Shown here: positions 38,746-42,615 of the stretch, one piece after another
Layout of the letters: each line of letters opens with the position of its first letter
How positions within the stretch are numbered: position 1 is the stretch's first letter
NCBI GenBank assembly: GCA_039024555.1
Contig: JBCCQQ010000055.1
Coordinates: 1 to 42,615, forward strand
Origin: Cyanobacteria bacterium P01_D01_bin.156
Lineage (GTDB): Bacteria; Cyanobacteriota; Cyanobacteriia; Phormidesmidales; Phormidesmidaceae
Length of the DNA: 42,615 bases
Direction of reading: 5' to 3'
Made by a program: the position numbers and the translations under genes
The notes under the pieces: model-generated
Database searches by the model: none
What the model saw: the letters and a program-made list of their open reading frames with translations, nothing else
Told to the model about the DNA's origin: nothing

Positions 38746-40380
38746 CTACTTGCTAATTTGCCACAGCAAAAACTGCTGGTTTGGCTCAATGGCCACGCCC
38801 TCTACGCCAGCCGCAGCAAAAACATAATCCTTGTTTTGCCACAGGGGAATATAGGGAACATCTTCCACCATCACTTGCTGCAAGTCCTTAAACAAACCAG
38901 CGCGGACAGATTTATCCAGCTCAGCGCTTTGTTTATCCAACAAGTCATTCGTCTTGGCGCTGTAGTAGAAAGACCCATTCCCTTGGGTAGCGCCTTTTTC
39001 ACAGAGAGTATCTTGAGAGCCTTCATTACAGCTCAAAAAGGGCTGTACAAAGTTATCAGGGTCAAAATAGTCCGGATACCAGTTGGCCAGAACACTCGGA
39101 TAAATTCCCTTCTCCACATTCTCCCAAAGCGTCGCCGACTCCGCAGTGCTCACCTCAACATTCACCAGGCCAGACATATTGGATTCAATCGCTTCCTTGA
39201 GAGTGTTGGCCACAACACTCCGAGTGGTCGATGCTGTCGGGTACCAAATTTCAAACTCCAGGGGATTCGCTTCCGTAATCCCGGCTTGCTGCAAAAACCC
39301 TTTTGCTTTCTCGTAGTCTCCGTCCCCATAAGCACTTTCAAAAACGGGCTCATGCACATCAAAGCTTCTGGGAATTAGACTATACAGAGGCTCAGCCTGA
39401 CCCTGAAATGCCCGTTCATTAATCAAGTTACGGTCAATCATGGACGCGACTGCCTTACGCACATTCAAATCATCAAAGGGTGCGATTTTTTGGTTGAGAG
39501 ACATGTAGTTGACTACAGTAGATCCCGCTTCGATCACGTTCCAACCACCCCGATCAGCATCTCGTTCTAAGGCAGCAATTTGGTCTGGGTCAAGCGTTTG
39601 GTACGCCACATCTAAACCACCGGACTGAAAGGTGTTGTACAAGTTCGCTGGGCTTGTAAAAATCTGGATATCGATACCCTGATTGGCAGGAGCATTCCCC
39701 CAGTAGTCTGGGTTAGCATCCAGCTTAATCACGTCGCTCGTGAACGATGCCAGTTTGTAGGGACCAGACCCAATAAATTCCTCTGGTTTAAACTGAGCTT
39801 CACCAATGGTGTAGGTTTCCGGCGCTACAGGCGTTACTCCCCAGAATGTCAGCAGTGAGGTAAAGGCTGCGAATGGCTGCTGCAGGGTAATCGTCAGCTC
39901 GTACTCACCTGTGGCTTCAACCATATCGATTTTTTCAGATAGCAAGAACGCAGGCCGACCGCCGTTATCCATAAACCGCTGAATGGAAAATGCCATCACT
40001 TCAGCATTAAATGGAGAACCATCGTGGAGCATTACACCTTCGCGCAGCGGAATTGTGTAAGTGAGCCCATCGTCGCTAATGGTAGGCATCTCAGTCGCCA
40101 GCTGAGGTTCTAAGGTGGTGCTGCTAGGTGCATAGGTGTAAAGGCGATCCCCCAGGTTATAGAGCAGAATCCCTGGAAAGATTTCGTAGGCATCGGCAGG
40201 GTCTAGGGTGCGGGCACTAAGGGTAGTACCGACCGCCACGCGACCGTCTGCAGGCGCTGTACTCTGCTGACTGCCACCTCCACAGGCTACGGCAAATATC
40301 AGGCATAGGCTAAATAGACCAACATATAGCGATCGCAAAGGCCGCGGCCAACGACGCCTACCCATTAACTGCATCACCAT
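38746..40380 (-). CDS. ABC transporter substrate-binding lipoprotein, family 5 (peptide)
   Basis: Lipobox AVAC, TLDPADAY, PQLA, LREGV.LHDG, GSGPYKL, VPYIPLWQ. Confidence 0.93.
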   Translation of the reverse strand: MVMQLMGRRRWPRPLRSLYVGLFSLCLIFAVACGGGSQQSTAPADGRVAVGTTLSARTLDPADAYEIFPGILLYNLGDRLYTYAPSSTTLEPQLATEMPTISDDGLTYTIPLREGVMLHDGSPFNAEVMAFSIQRFMDNGGRPAFLLSEKIDMVEATGEYELTITLQQPFAAFTSLLTFWGVTPVAPETYTIGEAQFKPEEFIGSGPYKLASFTSDVIKLDANPDYWGNAPANQGIDIQIFTSPANLYNTFQSGGLDVAYQTLDPDQIAALERDADRGGWNVIEAGSTVVNYMSLNQKIAPFDDLNVRKAVASMIDRNLINERAFQGQAEPLYSLIPRSFDVHEPVFESAYGDGDYEKAKGFLQQAGITEANPLEFEIWYPTASTTRSVVANTLKEAIESNMSGLVNVEVSTAESATLWENVEKGIYPSVLANWYPDYFDPDNFVQPFLSCNEGSQDTLCEKGATQGNGSFYYSAKTNDLLDKQSAELDKSVRAGLFKDLQQVMVEDVPYIPLWQNKDYVFAAAGVEGVAIEPNQQFLLWQISK

Positions 40381-40414
40381 AGGAATCTCCGATACGCTAC
40401 TACACCGCAACAGC

Positions 40415-40454
40415 TATTCAAATCTATGTCTGCAACCAGACATAGATTTGAATA
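40415..40454. repeat. Perfect 18-bp inverted repeat, 4-nt loop
   Basis: tattcaaatctatgtctg-caac-cagacatagatttgaata, ~35 bp upstream of the SBP start. Confidence 0.85.
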
Positions 40455-40714
40455 CAAGCCATGGCTGCTATTTGTACCATTCTCACAGGTTTCAAGCAAT
40501 GCGGCACAGGAGTTTGACCATCAATTACGCTATTTGGTAGTGCCCTCGATATCCACATCCGGTACGGTTTAATAATGTCTATTTTGTCTATTTCCAGAGG
40601 CCATTCGGTCTAGTAGTCTAAATTCTATTGAGTGAAGATCCATCATGTCGGAAACAGCCTAAAGTACTCCCAGGAGCCACAAGCTTTTCCTTGAAAGGGG
40701 CAGAATCACACACT

Positions 40715-41749
40715 ATGCAAACCAATAAATTTGGCTTTCAACCGTCTGGTCGAGCTTATTTACTAATTGCGATCGCTATCTTTGGGGCCGCCAATGCAGT
40801 TACTCGAAAACTGACTGATTTGGGCGAACTCAATCCGATCGACGGACGCAACCCAATTTCGTTTTGTAATGTGCTGTTTGTCGGGAATTTGTGCGCCTTG
40901 ATTCTGTTAGCCATCTTATACAACCGTGAGTGGCGTAAACCTGTTCTAAAACGCATCAAATGGCAAGACTGGCTATCGATGACCTTTGTTGCGATTTTGG
41001 GGGCTGCTGTTGTTCCAACACTTGTCTTTACGGCACTATCGATTACGCCGGTCAACAATGTAATTTTGATTAGCCAAATTGACACACCGTTGGTACTGGC
41101 ATTATCTGTCTGTGTGTTGGGAGCTCGAATCAACAAGTGGGTAATTGCTGGGGCAGTGGTCTCCTTTATTGGTGTGGCGCTTACGGTACTCATTCAACCA
41201 CCTGGAGCAGATACAGTCTCCATGGGTATGGGTATGGTGCTGGGGCGTGGTGCTCTCTACACGTTGATTGCTGCCGTAATTAAAGCCGTTAGCAATATAG
41301 TCAGCAAAATTAGCCTGCAGGAAATTTCACTGGGTATCTTTAGCGTCTTTCGGATGTTTGTGGGAACAATCTTTTTCTTTGGTGCGACCGTGGTTCTCTA
41401 TGGACCTGAACACTTTATGGATGTAGGGTCACCCTTTTTGTGGCAGTGGATGTTAATCTACGCAGCTGTGATTGTTGTCGCTGGCCAAACCTTTTGGTTC
41501 AAAGGACTTACACAAAGCACTGCTAGTGAAGTCTCCTTTGCTACTGCGTTTAATCCCATTGTGGGGATTTTATCTGCATTTTTGTTATTAGGAGAAACTC
41601 CTACATTCGGTCAATATATAGGCGGCCTTGTGATTCTCGGTGGAATTTTCTTAAACCAGATTGGTGTAAAGCGGTTGAACATGATGCAATCTGTTCAGAA
41701 ACCCAGTGCGAAGGAAATGAGCGAATCAGGTGGATTTAAGGGCATCTAG
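40715..41749 (+). CDS. DMT/EamA family transporter
   Basis: ~10 TM helices in two EamA-like repeats; NPISFCNVLFVGN, LLLGETPT; start at ATG 40715. Confidence 0.88.
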   Translation: MQTNKFGFQPSGRAYLLIAIAIFGAANAVTRKLTDLGELNPIDGRNPISFCNVLFVGNLCALILLAILYNREWRKPVLKRIKWQDWLSMTFVAILGAAVVPTLVFTALSITPVNNVILISQIDTPLVLALSVCVLGARINKWVIAGAVVSFIGVALTVLIQPPGADTVSMGMGMVLGRGALYTLIAAVIKAVSNIVSKISLQEISLGIFSVFRMFVGTIFFFGATVVLYGPEHFMDVGSPFLWQWMLIYAAVIVVAGQTFWFKGLTQSTASEVSFATAFNPIVGILSAFLLLGETPTFGQYIGGLVILGGIFLNQIGVKRLNMMQSVQKPSAKEMSESGGFKGI

Positions 41750-42266
41750 TTAAAGCTCCGTAAGTATACTCCCAAGGTTCTAAATCACAAAATTTTAATA
41801 ACGTGACACATGACCACATAAACAGCGCTAAGGGTAAGGATATACCTTTGAAAAAAGGATACGTAGTCAAACAACGCAATCTTCTAAAGAGGATGTTAAT
41901 CCACTAGTTAGAGAATTATATTTTTTGGCTCAGTAGCTGTTTCAGGGAGGTGAACTTATTCAGTAGCCTATAAGCCTTACCCAAACAATGTTTCAGAGGC
42001 ACTACACCTCCCAGACTAAAAGCCTTACATAACAGGGATTTCAAACGTTTTTTTGCTTCAAACCTCCCAGAAGCCCATATAGAGCCATATTTTTTATGTT
42101 TGTGAAAAATTTTTACATTTTTATCTTTCCTACAAAAATACGCTAAAATTTTCAAATTTAAAGAGTACTAGCCAGCGCGTTAAACATCCATCATGTAAAT
42201 TCAAGTAATCAAGGTTCAACTTTTCAAACAGACCAAGGGAATAATCTAAGGTTTTTGGAACATCCA

Positions 42267-42615
42267 ATGAGCTTAAATTCGAGAGCAGTATTAACAGCAA
42301 GAAACACAGAAAGCTCGTTACACACTTATCAAGTTGCACAAATGAAGCATGATAGAACATATCATCGCGAGATCTGGTGTCTCGGGGTTCATGGTGGAAT
42401 GAATCATGTTGTGCTCCACCTAACTAAGTACTTATATCCGCTTTTCTCAAAAGATACTTCTTCAAAAGACAGCCGAAAAGCTTTGATTGACTCATTTATC
42501 ATGACTATCTCAGCAGGCAATCTGTTAAACCTTGACTTTAGCCAGCATCTAGACGCTATCGAAAAGCAACGAAAAGAACAAACAGAGCAAAATTTTATCA
42601 ACGAGTATATTTATC
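42267..42615 (+). CDS. Hypothetical protein, 3'-truncated by the window edge (not in ORF track)
   Basis: Frame is open from 42162 to the end; from ATG 42267 it reads MSLNSRAVLTARNTESSLHTYQVAQMKHDRTYHREIWCLGVHGGMNHVVLHLTKYLYPLFSKDTSSKDSRKALIDSFIMTISAGNLLNLDF... Confidence 0.65.
   Translation, partial: MSLNSRAVLTARNTESSLHTYQVAQMKHDRTYHREIWCLGVHGGMNHVVLHLTKYLYPLFSKDTSSKDSRKALIDSFIMTISAGNLLNLDFSQHLDAIEKQRKEQTEQNFINEYIY

Larger units (their letters stand above)
385..40776. repeat. HIP1 octamer GCGATCGC, dispersed (at least 17 copies)
   Basis: Copies at 385, 3645, 11891, 14470, 14757, 15450, 16179, 18131, 18732, 21757, 26370, 29982, 31519, 35034, 38510, 40329 and 40769. Confidence 0.9.

Noticed and set aside
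38737..39378. 213 aa + strand ORF
   Set aside because: Antisense shadow of the ABC substrate-binding gene
41916..42601. Three short minus-strand ORFs at the right end
   Set aside because: Low-complexity AT-rich translations; two are antisense to a more protein-like + strand ORF that runs off the window
1..42615. CRISPR array, tRNA/rRNA genes, transposases
   Set aside because: No regularly spaced direct repeats, cloverleaf or rRNA-like segments, or DDE/integrase motifs seen by eye; a covariance-model search would be needed to exclude small ncRNAs

Overview
Cyanobacterial chromosomal DNA: it carries acsF, at least 17 HIP1 GCGATCGC octamers and typical cyanobacterial hypothetical genes. It is probably a filamentous Leptolyngbya-like lineage, which is my inference. 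Most of the window is housekeeping or ordinary accessory genes: FAD oxidoreductase, GT-C glycosyltransferase, ogt, ECF sigma/anti-sigma pair, GH116, GIY-YIG protein, M48 peptidase, acsF, radical SAM/SPASM protein, flavodoxin-like protein, bioB, metallophosphoesterase, CHASE2 hybrid kinase plus FecR protein, peptide ABC transporter and EamA. Two loci stand out. (1) At 19.06-24.09 kb is a three-fold tandem array of a two-gene cassette, a ~160 aa membrane-anchored protein plus a ~383 aa HTTM (vitamin-K-dependent-carboxylase/SdpB-like) membrane protein, apparently co-transcribed with an M48 protease that has very acidic tails. (2) At 29.1-29.8 kb are two tandem double-glycine-leader peptides sharing an aromatic-CNTTK core motif, one of them missing from the ORF track; each is followed by a hairpin and they lie ~1.3 kb downstream of a radical SAM/SPASM gene. 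Also present are a pseudogene upstream of the ECF sigma factor, AT-rich HIP1-free orphan islands (one with a tandem HicB-like repeat fused to TM helices), and an untracked ORF running off the right edge. I saw no rRNA, tRNA, CRISPR array or transposase. All family calls come from motif recognition by eye, not from database searches.
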